Source of the DNA: Terriglobia bacterium
GTDB taxonomy: Bacteria > Acidobacteriota > Terriglobia > 20CM-2-55-15
DNA: 64,000 nucleotides
NCBI GenBank assembly: GCA_965198225.1
Contig: CBDAOY010000003.1
Location: forward strand, 1 to 64,000
Direction: 5' to 3'
Each line of letters starts with the position of its first letter. Positions within the stretch are counted from its first letter, which is position 1. The notes beneath the pieces were generated by a model. It had not been told where the DNA came from, searched no databases, and worked only from the letters and a program-made list of their open reading frames with translations. Shown piece after piece: positions 10,611 to 20,631 of this stretch. Made by a program: the position numbers and the translations under genes.

Positions 10611-11489
10611 AGGGGGTATTCCCTTGACTCCAGTAGCCCCCACAGGTAGTAGTCCGGGGTATGGAGGACTATCCTCGGACGCTTCAGGAGCTCGAGTCCC
10701 TCTTCGCCTCGGAGGAAGCGTGCCGCGACTACCTCGCGCGACTCCGGTGGCCGCACGGATTCGTGTGTCCCACCTGCGAGGGAACTCAGGCGTGGTGAAC
10801 CGGGCGGGGGCTCTGGATGTGCGGGAGCTGTGGGCACCAGACGTCGGTGACCGCCGGCACGCTCTTCCAGGATACGCGCACATCGTTGGTGACCTGGTTC
10901 CGAACTGTCTGGTGGGTCGTCAGCCAGAAGAACGGCGCCAGCGCGCTGGGACTGCAACGAGTCCTCGGCCTGGGCAGCTATCGAACCGCATGGACGTGGC
11001 TGCACAAGCTTCGACGTGCGATGGTCCGGCCTGGCCGGGACCGTTTGTCCGGGGCGGTCGAGGTGGACGAAACCTTCGTCGGTGGGGTCGAGCCGGGTGC
11101 CGTTGTGATCACCGACGGGTTGCAAAGCTACCGTGTCCTCCCCCAGCTCGGCTATAGCCATGACCGACGAGTTCTCCTCGGGAGCGGCGAGTCCGCCGAC
11201 GCGGTGCTCCCTCGGGTGCATCGAGTCGCTGCGCTCCTCAAACGCTGGCTGATGGGTACCCATCAAGGCGCTGTCAGCCGTCAACATCTCGACTACTACC
11301 TCGACGAATTCACGTTCCGGTTCAACCGGCGAGCCTCACGCCATCGGGGCAAGCTCTTCTACCGGCTCCTCCAACAGGCGGTGACCCTGGACCCAGTGCC
11401 CTACAGGGCGATCGCCCGAGGCGTGCGCGGCCCGAAGAAGGGGCGCCACCACAACAGGTTGGGGTTACTTGAGTGAAGGGAATACCCCC
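10611..11489 (+). mobile_element. IS1595-family element, defective
   Basis: IRs GGGGGTATTCCCTT / AAGGGAATACCCCC; flanking repeat ATTGCCGACTA at 10600-10610 and 11490-11500. Confidence 0.88.
10661..11476 (+). pseudogene. IS1595-family transposase with premature TGA (10796) and internal deletion
   Basis: MEDYPRTLQE...RWPHGFVCPTC zinc ribbon, TGA, then VEVDETFVGG, ITDG, YLDEFTFRFNRR. The segment between VDET and TDG is abnormally short. Confidence 0.85.
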
Positions 11490-12561
11490 ATTGCCGACTA
11501 GACGCGGTTTGCCGAGAAGAAGCGGCACCGTTCGATGCGTGCACTCGGGAAAGACCGCCATGGAAACCATCGGCGCGCCGTGCAATACCGAGAGGAATTC
11601 CACGAAGTCCCGTGCGTCGATGAAGAACGAACCCATATCATATACCCGCCCCGTCCGGTCCCCTGGAGGAAGTAGTGCCGGCTTCCACGGAACGGCTTCG
11701 AGAATTGCGCTGACGCCTTCCCAACCGTTTCCCCGGTCGCTGGGCGGCGCGACATTCCGCACGACCTCCATGTCCAGGAAGTCTTCCGTCTGCTCCAATG
11801 GAACCATCTTAAGGTTCTCCGCAATCTCGGTCTCCCCGCTGAGACGCAGACCGAAGAACAGCGAGACGCGGTATCCCGTGGTCAAGATGTTGGAAGCTGC
11901 GCCGCATTCTTCTTCCAGGCTTCGAGCGAGCAGGGACTGCAACTCGCGCGAGGCAATCTCCAAACCGTTCTTGCCAGCCTGTCTCGCCCGGCACACCAGC
12001 CCAGCCACTATGGCCAAGCGTGATGTCTCATAGTCCCGGTCAAAGGCACGGACCACGAATTCTTGCCAGCGTTCATCCGCCTTCAGGACCGCCGCCAGCG
12101 CCGGATGGCGCCCCAAGACGTTCTACGCATCGCGCAGCGCGGCGCGTAGCAGCGCATATCGCCTATCGCGCTATCGTCTTTCACTGTGACAGACGTCGTC
12201 GTAGAACGAACAAAGGTAGCCGGCCGGATCCGACCCTTCGAATCGGTATGGATTCTCCATGTCCGCCTACTCTTGCCGCCGACGCAGTTCCGCGAGCTCG
12301 TCCCGGTATCCGCCTTCAACTTCGTCTACGCGACCAAGCGCGCGCACCAGACAGCCGATCCACTCATCCTCTACTGATCGTGTCATCGTTAGCCAGGATT
12401 TCCATTTTGACTGGCCGGATCAGGCCCCTTAATACTCCGACACCCTCCCCGCAGTCGAGATTTCTCGTCGCATTCGCCTTGTCACAATGTCGCCGCGCGA
12501 CTCGCGCGAAGCCAGGATTGCCGACACTGCGGCATGGAGGTCGCCGAAATGCCTGAAGTCC

Positions 12562-14316
12562 TCACTCTTGCCGTTCTGGTAGACGTGGTTCGTCAGTCGT
12601 TTTTTTCTCCAGCCGATATCGTTTGCTGCCATCGGCACCACGCAAAGGGGTTATAAACTGTTTTAGAAGATCTTCTTCGTACTTATTCTCGATGCCTTTC
12701 GGCGCAATCGTGTTCTCCCGCCTGATAAACGAAAACGCCGTAACCTGAGAAGTGGGCGTCAGTTCATGCTGCAGCCTGGTACATTTGTCGGCGGCATCGC
12801 AATCCCAAACGATCAGGAACTGCGTATTCGACGTGGCTCTGCTCAGGAAGCGCCCATACGCAAGAAGCTGGGACTCGCTTGAGAGCGACGAAATGCCTTC
12901 GAACACACGGACCTCGTCCGGAAAGTTGAGCTCAGCCCATCTCTTTAGATGGAGCGCGTTGTCTCCCTCCGTGAGGATCGTAACCGCCGCCTGATCGAAC
13001 GCGAGAATTCGGAGTCCCGTGTCTATCGTTGCCAAGCCCTCCGACAGGTCCTGAACTGCGTCCGTCCGTGTCGTTGGGATTACCCGAATGACTCCACCCT
13101 GTCGGGTAACGCGGAAAATCTCGTCTTCGTTGACCATCGCGACCGTCACCGGGGAATGCGAGGTCATGAGCACCCTTGTCCCCTTTTCCACGAACAGTTC
13201 CTTCATGACAGCTACCAGAGCCGCCATCATCGACGGGTGAAGCATCGCATCGAGTTCATCCAGCAGGAGAAGAGAGGGTCGGCGTCGTCCGAGTAGCTGG
13301 TTAAAGGACGACAGAACTAGCGTCATTAGAACCTTCTCGCCCGACGAGAGGTCATCCAGGTTGTAACTGGCGCCGGTCGTCCGATTCGTCATCACCGTCT
13401 GGAACTGGAAATTCGCGAAGTTAGAGTAGTTGATCGTCACCCGCGCGGGATCTGAGAACCAAAAGTCGAATGCGGTCGGCTCGCCGGCCGCTTCCCGCAT
13501 TGACTCCAGCGCGTCGCGAAGCCTGTCCCAGGGAGGAGGATTTTCGCTTTCATATCTCGCAATTAGCGCATCGTACTGGTCCTGGCCGCCATTCATCTGC
13601 CATTCGCTGTGTGCCCAGAGAAACGCGTCAACCTTGTAGGCCGTAAAGACCTGGCTGATGACGTTGGAAATAGTGCCGCCCTCGTAGTTGGATGCTTGCA
13701 TGATGTCCGCACGAGTGATCTCGTGCGGGGCCTTGCCGGTTAGCTTCATGGCCAAGCTCACCAATACTGCGGGGTTCCCCTGACAACCGCGATCACTCGA
13801 GTGTGTGCGGCCGCCAGCGTACGGGATCGGTTGGAGTACTCTTTGCGTGATGTCCCGCGTATATTCAGCAAGGCCGGCGGGTTTCTTCACGGTCGGGAAC
13901 GTGGAGAAATCCGGCATCTGTCGGACCAAGCATTCTAGCCCATTGTCGAACTCTTTGCGCTCTGGAAGCGACAGCGAGCCCGTGCACCGTTCGTAGAGGT
14001 CGCGGGCCAACTCGTTTGGCGACTTTCCCGCTGGCAACGCCGTGAAGTAGGCGTCAGCCGCCGAACTTGCGAATCGGACGGCGTCCCATGTCACGGCAGT
14101 CGAATTGCCGGGCGCGAAGGACGCGAAGTCGTACATCTCTACCTCGTCTTTGGGAATCTCCGAGGCCGTCGCTTTCCCTTCCGCCAGCGCCTTCAGCAGT
14201 TGCGTCTTTCCGACACCATTCCGGCCGATCAGTACTGCAAAGTCGGGCAGCGACACAGCGTCGAGCGTCTTAATGGACCTATAGGGACGTGACAGTTCGA
14301 TCTGCAACCCAGCCAT
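12562..14316 (-). CDS. ABC/AAA ATPase fused to TOPRIM-like domain (OLD-nuclease-like), probable defence protein; C-terminus possibly frameshifted
   Basis: Walker A GRNGVGKT, signature LSSGEK, Walker B LLLLDELDAMLHP, TSHSP; TOPRIM TEGD and WDCD. Confidence 0.75.
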   Translation of the reverse strand: MAGLQIELSRPYRSIKTLDAVSLPDFAVLIGRNGVGKTQLLKALAEGKATASEIPKDEVEMYDFASFAPGNSTAVTWDAVRFASSAADAYFTALPAGKSPNELARDLYERCTGSLSLPERKEFDNGLECLVRQMPDFSTFPTVKKPAGLAEYTRDITQRVLQPIPYAGGRTHSSDRGCQGNPAVLVSLAMKLTGKAPHEITRADIMQASNYEGGTISNVISQVFTAYKVDAFLWAHSEWQMNGGQDQYDALIARYESENPPPWDRLRDALESMREAAGEPTAFDFWFSDPARVTINYSNFANFQFQTVMTNRTTGASYNLDDLSSGEKVLMTLVLSSFNQLLGRRRPSLLLLDELDAMLHPSMMAALVAVMKELFVEKGTRVLMTSHSPVTVAMVNEDEIFRVTRQGGVIRVIPTTRTDAVQDLSEGLATIDTGLRILAFDQAAVTILTEGDNALHLKRWAELNFPDEVRVFEGISSLSSESQLLAYGRFLSRATSNTQFLIVWDCDAADKCTRLQHELTPTSQVTAFSFIRRENTIAPKGIENKYEEDLLKQFITPLRGADGSKRYRLEKKTTDEPRLPERQE

Positions 14317-14613
14317 ACTTGTCTCCTTCTGTGGCCTGCCCTTCTTTAAGGTGTCTCAGATGGTCTCATCCGGCCGAGAGTTTATCGAGCACGATCATTG
14401 AGCACTACAACATCTCGTTGATTGTTCTGAACCCTTTGGATTATTGGATCTGCCAGGTTCGTCGGTCTATTCTTCCAGGCAGCCATCCGAGCGTCGAGCC
14501 GCACGCTCGTCCTCAAACTCTTCGATCTTGATCAGCATGTCTTCGTCTTTCCACCAGAGAAGAGACAGCACGTTCCCTTGTTTGCATCCAGTCTTTTCCG
14601 GGAACTAGGGGCC

Positions 14614-15564
14614 ATGATGAAAAAACGAGTCATTACATGGGCACTCGTGTTCGCACTGACCGCGGCCGTCCCGGCCTTCGGCATCTTCGGCATTCCGAGC
14701 CCGGAAGACCTTTTGATCTGGTTCGTTTTGCGGCCGATGATGCACGGCAACCAGCGCGCGATGATCGCCAACCAGCTTCAGGAACTTCAAAAGCTCGTCG
14801 CGCAGCTCGAGACCGCCCAAAGCCAGCTCACCCAGGTCCGTGACGCCGCGCAGGGTTTGGTGGGCGCGATCACAGACCCAATGGCCAATCTGATCGCAGC
14901 GCCTACGGACCTTCTTAACACCGCGCGCGACTGGCACTCGGATTTCACCGGCCAGGCCGGGAACATGGTCGAGTTCGTCTGCGGCTTTGCCGACAACGGC
15001 GAGTCCTTTAGTCGAAGCTGGCGCGACGTGTTGCAAGAAGCGGATACCGTTACCGAGGCCAACATCCGGAACGTCTACCAGAGTGGTCCCAATGCCGCCG
15101 ATGCCGCGGTTGCGACCTTCGAGCGCCAACGGGCGGAAGGGGACCGGCGCTTGGAGTATGCCGGAGCCGGGGCTGACGCCGGGGCCGACCTGATGCAAAT
15201 CCGCGAAGCCACTACCGGGGCCATGAGCCGCATCGGGGAGCGGGTCGATGCGGACCCCGATACCGGCGGCCCGAATCGCTCCTCGGCGGCGCTTGCCGAG
15301 GGTGATGCCCTCGCATCGCTCGCGCAAATCCGAGCCCTGATCGGAATTGGACGAAGCCGTGCCATAGCGGCAACAGAAGAGGCAGCGGATCGCTTTCGTG
15401 GAGAAGAACTCCGGCGGCAGCTTGAGGCCCGGCGCCTGACCGAACGGGCGGCCCTTGAAGCCCAATGGGCCCAGGAACAGGCCGCACTGGCCCTCGGCGC
15501 CGACGAGCGCATCCAAGCCATGTATGGCGGCTATCGCTTGAATCCGGTCTTTGCCGGGAACTAA
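14614..15564 (+). CDS. Exported VirB5/TrbJ-like conjugation protein
   Basis: Signal peptide MMKKRVITWALVFALTAAVPAFG, helical IANQLQELQKL segment, directly upstream of a VirB6-like gene. Confidence 0.5.
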   Translation: MMKKRVITWALVFALTAAVPAFGIFGIPSPEDLLIWFVLRPMMHGNQRAMIANQLQELQKLVAQLETAQSQLTQVRDAAQGLVGAITDPMANLIAAPTDLLNTARDWHSDFTGQAGNMVEFVCGFADNGESFSRSWRDVLQEADTVTEANIRNVYQSGPNAADAAVATFERQRAEGDRRLEYAGAGADAGADLMQIREATTGAMSRIGERVDADPDTGGPNRSSAALAEGDALASLAQIRALIGIGRSRAIAATEEAADRFRGEELRRQLEARRLTERAALEAQWAQEQAALALGADERIQAMYGGYRLNPVFAGN

Positions 15565-16565
15565 TGATGCTCGTACTGATGCTCCAACTCGTTCCGACCA
15601 TTCCGCCGGACCCGGCGGCCGCGCCGGACGTTGCCACTGTAGTCAGCGGCATCATGGATCAGATTATCCTTGCGGCGGCCCCGCAAGTGCACGCGACGGG
15701 TATGGCAATGTGGCGGGGATTGGCCGCCATCCTCGTCGCCTGGACCGGCCTTCGCATCGCTTTTACGGGTGATTTCCGGCCGTGGGACGTGATTCGGATC
15801 GTCATCGCACTCTGGTTCCCCTGGGCGATGCTCAGCTTCTATAACACTCCCCTTCCGGGATCGACCCTCTCTTTCACGGCCGCAATTACCGACGGCGGCA
15901 ACTGGCTCCAGGGCGTATTGATTGCCAACACCGGCGAGGATTATCTGGTGTCCTTTTCACGGCTCTCTCAAAATTTCTTTGCCCGCGCATCGTCAATGGA
16001 GCTGGGGTCCGGAAGCGGGCTGCTGGACATCGTCCTCAATGGCTTCACGAACCTGTCTTACCTGCTCATGGCCTTTCTTCACACCATCATCTTCGAACTC
16101 TTTCTCTTGCTCATTCTCCTGTGTCTCATCGTGATTTATGCCGTCTCAATGGGGCAGGTGATATGGGCGCAGCTGGCCCTCGGCGTTCTCCTGATCCTCG
16201 GCCCGCTCTTCATTCCCTTTCTCCTTGTCGAGCCCCTCGCGTTCCTGTTCTGGGGATGGTTCAAGGGCATGTTCACCTACACCCTCTACGGCGCTATAGC
16301 GGCGGCGCTCATGAGGGTGTTCCTCGCGGCCAGCATGGGCTGGATCGAGGCCATTATCAATGGCCCGCCGCCGGGTAACAGCTTCTGGTGGCACAGCACG
16401 GCCTGGTTCCTCAGCATCGTTCCCCTGGTGGCTGCGGGAGTCTTGTCCTCGCTCATGATCGGGACGCTGGCCTCACAACTCGTCTCGGGGAGCGGCGGTG
16501 GGGGTGGAATCATGGGCCTCGTCGGCCAGGCCGCGAGCGGTGTTTCTAAACTCAAGGGGGTATAA
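15564..16565 (+). CDS. VirB6/TrbL-like type IV secretion membrane protein
   Basis: Polytopic membrane protein with LILGPLFIPFLL...FLFWGWFK motif and Gly-rich tail. Confidence 0.8.
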   Translation: MMLVLMLQLVPTIPPDPAAAPDVATVVSGIMDQIILAAAPQVHATGMAMWRGLAAILVAWTGLRIAFTGDFRPWDVIRIVIALWFPWAMLSFYNTPLPGSTLSFTAAITDGGNWLQGVLIANTGEDYLVSFSRLSQNFFARASSMELGSGSGLLDIVLNGFTNLSYLLMAFLHTIIFELFLLLILLCLIVIYAVSMGQVIWAQLALGVLLILGPLFIPFLLVEPLAFLFWGWFKGMFTYTLYGAIAAALMRVFLAASMGWIEAIINGPPPGNSFWWHSTAWFLSIVPLVAAGVLSSLMIGTLASQLVSGSGGGGGIMGLVGQAASGVSKLKGV

Positions 16566-16570
16566 ACTTC

Positions 16571-17224
16571 GTGGCAAAACACAAAGACAAAGAAGCCGAC
16601 GCCGGCCGAGAATACGCCGAAATATGGGGCGAGACGATCCACTCGAACCGTCACTTGCGCGTGTTCTCCATCGTCCTCGGGGTGTTGCTTCTATTCGTCA
16701 CCATCGCCGTTGTTCGGCTGTCTTCGGTCGAGCCGCCCCGGCCGATTGTCGTTCGGGTGGATGAAGTCGGCCGGGCCGAGGCCCAGGCCGATCCTCGCGA
16801 CCCGACCACCAAGTATTTCCTCAACCGCTTTCTCCATGACCACTTCGGCCGACGGCGGGCGACGGCCCAGGAATACTGGCCCCGCAGCCTCCGTTTTCTC
16901 AGCACCGATCTGGCCAACGCGGCCTTCACCACCAGCAACGAAGAAATCGCCATGCTGGCCGCCGGGATCACCCTGGAAGAACTCCGGGTCGAGAATGTTG
17001 TGCTTCGGATTCAATCGAATTCCACTGAGCCGCACGGGGCTGTTGCCGACTTTGTCCTGATCCGGACCCGGCAGGAGCGGGAGGTATCCCGGGAGGCGTG
17101 GACCGCCACGATGCAGTTTGTGTTCATGCCGGTCATACCGGCCGACCTGGTCATCGTCAACCCGATGGGCATCCAGGTCACATACCTGGCAACCGACAGA
17201 ACACTCATCACCGAGACGCCATGA
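16571..17224 (+). CDS. VirB8/TrbF-like protein
   Basis: Single TM helix, then PIVVRVDEVG; C-terminal NPMGIQVT motif typical of VirB8/TrbF. Confidence 0.8.
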   Translation: MAKHKDKEADAGREYAEIWGETIHSNRHLRVFSIVLGVLLLFVTIAVVRLSSVEPPRPIVVRVDEVGRAEAQADPRDPTTKYFLNRFLHDHFGRRRATAQEYWPRSLRFLSTDLANAAFTTSNEEIAMLAAGITLEELRVENVVLRIQSNSTEPHGAVADFVLIRTRQEREVSREAWTATMQFVFMPVIPADLVIVNPMGIQVTYLATDRTLITETP

Positions 17225-18189
17225 TTGCTCATTTTCGTGGCCGTGAAGAAGCACTCGAACCGTTCGGATGGAAGCAGGAAGATGCCGAGTGGGTTGCAAT
17301 GGTCTGTCTCCACAGCGGCATGTTCACCCGCGCGCAACACATGGCTTATTTCAACGCTCACCCCGAACAGGCACGTCGTTTCGTTCAGAGCCTTCTGGAC
17401 CTGAAACTTGCCGTGGAAGAGCCCATTCCAGTCATCCGCCCCGAGAACCGCACGAAGGCCTGCCGGATCACCTACAAGGGCATCTACCGGGAGCTGGGGG
17501 TGCCCAACATCCGGCACCGGAGATTTGCCGATCCGGCCGGCTATCTTCGGCGGCTGCTGTCGCTCGATTACGTTATCGATCACGCAGAGCTCGAATGGCT
17601 CCCGACTGAAGACGAGAAAGTTTGGTACTGCAAACATCTGGGCATCGGCAAGGACCGGCTGCCGAAGCGGCTTTATGCCGGAGCGGCCGGGAACGTCACC
17701 CGCTATTTCCCCCTGAAATTACCCGTGGCCTCAGGCACGGCCACCACGTTTGTCTATGTCGATCCTGGCAACGGAACCTCCACCGAACTGCGGCATTGGG
17801 GCCGGGCGCATAAGGATGTCTGGAATGGCATACGGAAACACGGGATCAAGGTTCATGTGGCCGCAATCGGGGCTACCGTTGCCGCCGACAAACGCGCTAG
17901 AGCCGTGTTGGAGGGATGGGCGCGCGATCGAAAAAGAGTCGAGGCCGGGAGCCCCCATGAGGAGGAATTGCAGGAGGAACGGGACGAAGTGGCCCGTGCC
18001 GTCCGCACCGCCGACGCCGCAATTCTGGAACGCTACGGCGGCTTTGATCGAACCTCACGGCGCTACGTGGAATTGAAGAAGATGCTGGCAAAACCTTTGA
18101 TGCATGACATCCGGATTGACACGTTTGAGGTGTGGCGGTCCGAACGCATTTTTCCAGAGGGTGTGAAGCCCAATATGGTTCCGGTATGA
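17221..18189 (+). CDS. Hypothetical DNA-binding protein of the conjugative element (possible replication/relaxation protein)
   Basis: 322 aa, overlaps virB8 stop; wHTH-like N-terminus (VCLHSGMFTRAQ), NIRHRR, WLPTEDEK, RYFPLKLP; function inferred from context only. Confidence 0.45.
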   Translation: MIAHFRGREEALEPFGWKQEDAEWVAMVCLHSGMFTRAQHMAYFNAHPEQARRFVQSLLDLKLAVEEPIPVIRPENRTKACRITYKGIYRELGVPNIRHRRFADPAGYLRRLLSLDYVIDHAELEWLPTEDEKVWYCKHLGIGKDRLPKRLYAGAAGNVTRYFPLKLPVASGTATTFVYVDPGNGTSTELRHWGRAHKDVWNGIRKHGIKVHVAAIGATVAADKRARAVLEGWARDRKRVEAGSPHEEELQEERDEVARAVRTADAAILERYGGFDRTSRRYVELKKMLAKPLMHDIRIDTFEVWRSERIFPEGVKPNMVPV

Positions 18190-18222
18190 AATCGCAGATC
18201 GCGCATTTTTCCAGAGGGTGTG
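18145..18222 (+). repeat. 21-bp perfect direct repeat CGCATTTTTCCAGAGGGTGTG x2
   Basis: Copies at 18145-18165 and 18202-18222. Confidence 0.85.
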
Positions 18223-18591
18223 GCCCCCGATCTAGCGCGAAAAACCGGGTCACGTCCCATCGAAAACTGGATCCCCAATTCACAACCCCGGTGCCGCACG
18301 AGGACGTGATTTGCTCAGTGGGTGTTATTTCACAAGGCCAATTCACAATTTCTCTGTCCCATATCGCTCCGTCTTTGCTTAGGGTTACGCCACTTTCACC
18401 CCCGGGTTCTGGAGCTGCACTGGAAGGGGGCGTGAGAGGCGGGAGCGACCCCCCTTATTTTGTGCCCAGTGCTGCACCAGACCCCCGTGCTAATTCACAT
18501 CACGGGGTCCAGGGCCGCCCTGTCACGGGAGGGTCGCTCCCGCCATAGTGATCCCTGCGGGAAGGCTCGGATTCCGGAGGGCTGAGACCGC

Positions 18592-20631
18592 ATGAAATGG
18601 AGTCACATTTTTCTCTTCGTCCTGGCGGTGGCCGCCTCGACGGCCCGGTATCTCTCGAGTCCGTTTCCGGCCGGATCGGAGAATCCTGTCGTCGCGCTCA
18701 TGGCCCTGAATGCGCCCTTGCTTCTGTGGCTTATGCACGGCTGGTATGCCGCCATGCCCGGCGTCGTTGTGTTCATCGGCGGAACACTCGCTTTGGGCGC
18801 GTGGCGGGTCTGGTTCGAGTCGGCTCCACGGAAGAAACAGGGCAAGGGCGAGCTGCCCCCGTGGCCGATCGCCGCATCGGACGAGAGCCCGGCCATCGTC
18901 GTCGGCGAGACGCATCACCCGGTCGCGGCGCGCGAGGTTCCGAACCCGGACTGGCTCGTGATCCCGGAGCGGGGGCTCTACACCGGAGTCGCCATCTTCG
19001 GGGCCGTCGGGTCCGGGAAGACCTCGGCTTGCATGAACCCGTTTGTCCGGCAATTGCTCGGCTGGCAAGCCACCAATCCGAAGCGCCGGGTGGCCGCCCT
19101 GGTCCTCGAAGTGAAGGGAGATTTCTGCTACGACATCCGAAATATTCTGAAAGAGGCGGGCCGGGAAGACGATTACATGGAGCTTGGCATGGGCGGGAAA
19201 TGGCAGTGGAACCCCCTGGCCGCGCACTGGCTCGATTCCTACTCCCTGGCCTATACGGTGTCGTCTCTCCTGAATCAGTTGTTCGGCAAGGGGAAAGACC
19301 CGTTCTGGCAGCAAGCCTACACGAACCTGGTGAAGTGGATTATCGAACTGTACCGGATCTTTCCCGACCGTTGGGTGACCTTGCAGGATGTTTACCGATG
19401 CGCGATCAGCCCGGCCATATTTCAAAGGAAAATTGAGGACGCGATCATCGTTGTGGAGAAACAAAAGAAGGGAATCCTCACCATTTCCGCCGAATCCTAT
19501 GAAACCCACATGGACGCCCTACTTGAACTGGAGCAATGGGCCGAGACTGCCTGCGGCGAGCGCGAAGCGCCGCGGGGCATCCGGGTCGAACGATGGTTGC
19601 AGACCAATGGTGTGCCTTGCAAGGCGGGCATCCCGGGCGGTCACACCGATACTGCCCGTTTGGAGCTTCGACTTAAATCCGTGGTGCTCTGGTATGAGCA
19701 GGATTGGATGCAGCTCGACCCCAAATTGCGGACCTCATGTGTCGAGGGCATTTCGAGTTTCCTGTCTCTGTTCGACATGGAGGATGTGGCTGCCGTTTTC
19801 TGTCCCAAGGCTCCAGAGCGGCGAGCCACTATGGTGGAGGATGATGCCGGCGACGGTCCCGGCCGCCCAGGGGGCGCGCTTGCCGGAACCCGACGGCCCC
19901 TTCCAGCCCTGGACGAGCTGATCGAGAGCGGGAAAGTCCTGGCGCTCAACATGCCCGCTGGCTCGTCTCCGGCGCTGGCCCGCGCCGTGGGCGTGTTCCT
20001 GAAGAATGCCTGGCTCCAAACCTTGATCCGGCGGCCGGCGCAGATGAAGCAGGAGCCCGGCCGTTACTTCCGGTCCGCCGTCTTCATTTGCGACGAATAT
20101 CAGTCCTTCGCCTCGGTCGGCGAGGACGACCCTAGCGGAGACGAGAAGGCGTTTGCCCTCACCCGGCAGTGCCGTGTCATCCCCATCGTTGCTACCCAAT
20201 CCATATCCTCGCTCCGATCCGTCCTGGGCACTTCCGAGGCGTGGCGGGCCCTTTTGCAGACCCTGCGCACCCGGATCTTCCTTTCCCTCAGCGACGACGC
20301 CAGCGCCGATATTGCCTCGAAGCTGTGCGGGCAGGTGGCGAAGATCAAGCCGAGCTGGACCGTCACCGAATCCGCACAACAGGCCCAGGTGTCCCTGCTC
20401 TCGGGAAAGGCCGGCGGCAGTAAGGGGTCGGTGGGAACCAGCAAATCGTTCCGCGAACAGCGGGAGGCTTTGTTTCAGCCCAGGGAGTTTGGTCTGTTCC
20501 CCAATTGCCAGGCGATCTGCCTACCCTATGACGGGACCCAAGCGGCCAGCGCCGTCCGCGTTTATCTCAAGCCGTACTATCTTCCGGTGACCACGCCCTA
20601 CTGGCGGGCGGTCGAGGCGGGGCAGATATGA
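18592..20631 (+). CDS. Type IV coupling protein (VirD4/TraD-like)
   Basis: N-terminal TM helices, Walker A GAVGSGKT, WNPL, Walker B FICDEYQ, IVATQS. Confidence 0.85.
   Translation: MKWSHIFLFVLAVAASTARYLSSPFPAGSENPVVALMALNAPLLLWLMHGWYAAMPGVVVFIGGTLALGAWRVWFESAPRKKQGKGELPPWPIAASDESPAIVVGETHHPVAAREVPNPDWLVIPERGLYTGVAIFGAVGSGKTSACMNPFVRQLLGWQATNPKRRVAALVLEVKGDFCYDIRNILKEAGREDDYMELGMGGKWQWNPLAAHWLDSYSLAYTVSSLLNQLFGKGKDPFWQQAYTNLVKWIIELYRIFPDRWVTLQDVYRCAISPAIFQRKIEDAIIVVEKQKKGILTISAESYETHMDALLELEQWAETACGEREAPRGIRVERWLQTNGVPCKAGIPGGHTDTARLELRLKSVVLWYEQDWMQLDPKLRTSCVEGISSFLSLFDMEDVAAVFCPKAPERRATMVEDDAGDGPGRPGGALAGTRRPLPALDELIESGKVLALNMPAGSSPALARAVGVFLKNAWLQTLIRRPAQMKQEPGRYFRSAVFICDEYQSFASVGEDDPSGDEKAFALTRQCRVIPIVATQSISSLRSVLGTSEAWRALLQTLRTRIFLSLSDDASADIASKLCGQVAKIKPSWTVTESAQQAQVSLLSGKAGGSKGSVGTSKSFREQREALFQPREFGLFPNCQAICLPYDGTQAASAVRVYLKPYYLPVTTPYWRAVEAGQI

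Larger units (their letters stand above)
10039..12386 (-). pseudogene. HEPN (ApeA-like) domain gene, split by IS1595 and carrying three in-frame TAG stops
   Basis: ORFs 11322-12116 and 10039-10599 fuse in frame (..KPRLVGN-MGVDPW..) when the IS and one DR copy are removed. C-terminal ILDVAIALE..YDARSGIVH (Rx4H). The frame extends to ATG 12386 through TAGs at 12267, 12171 and 12123. Confidence 0.75.

Noticed and set aside
12123-12269. Genome-wide amber recoding
   Set aside because: Core genes (hrcA, carB, aminotransferase) end normally at TAG.
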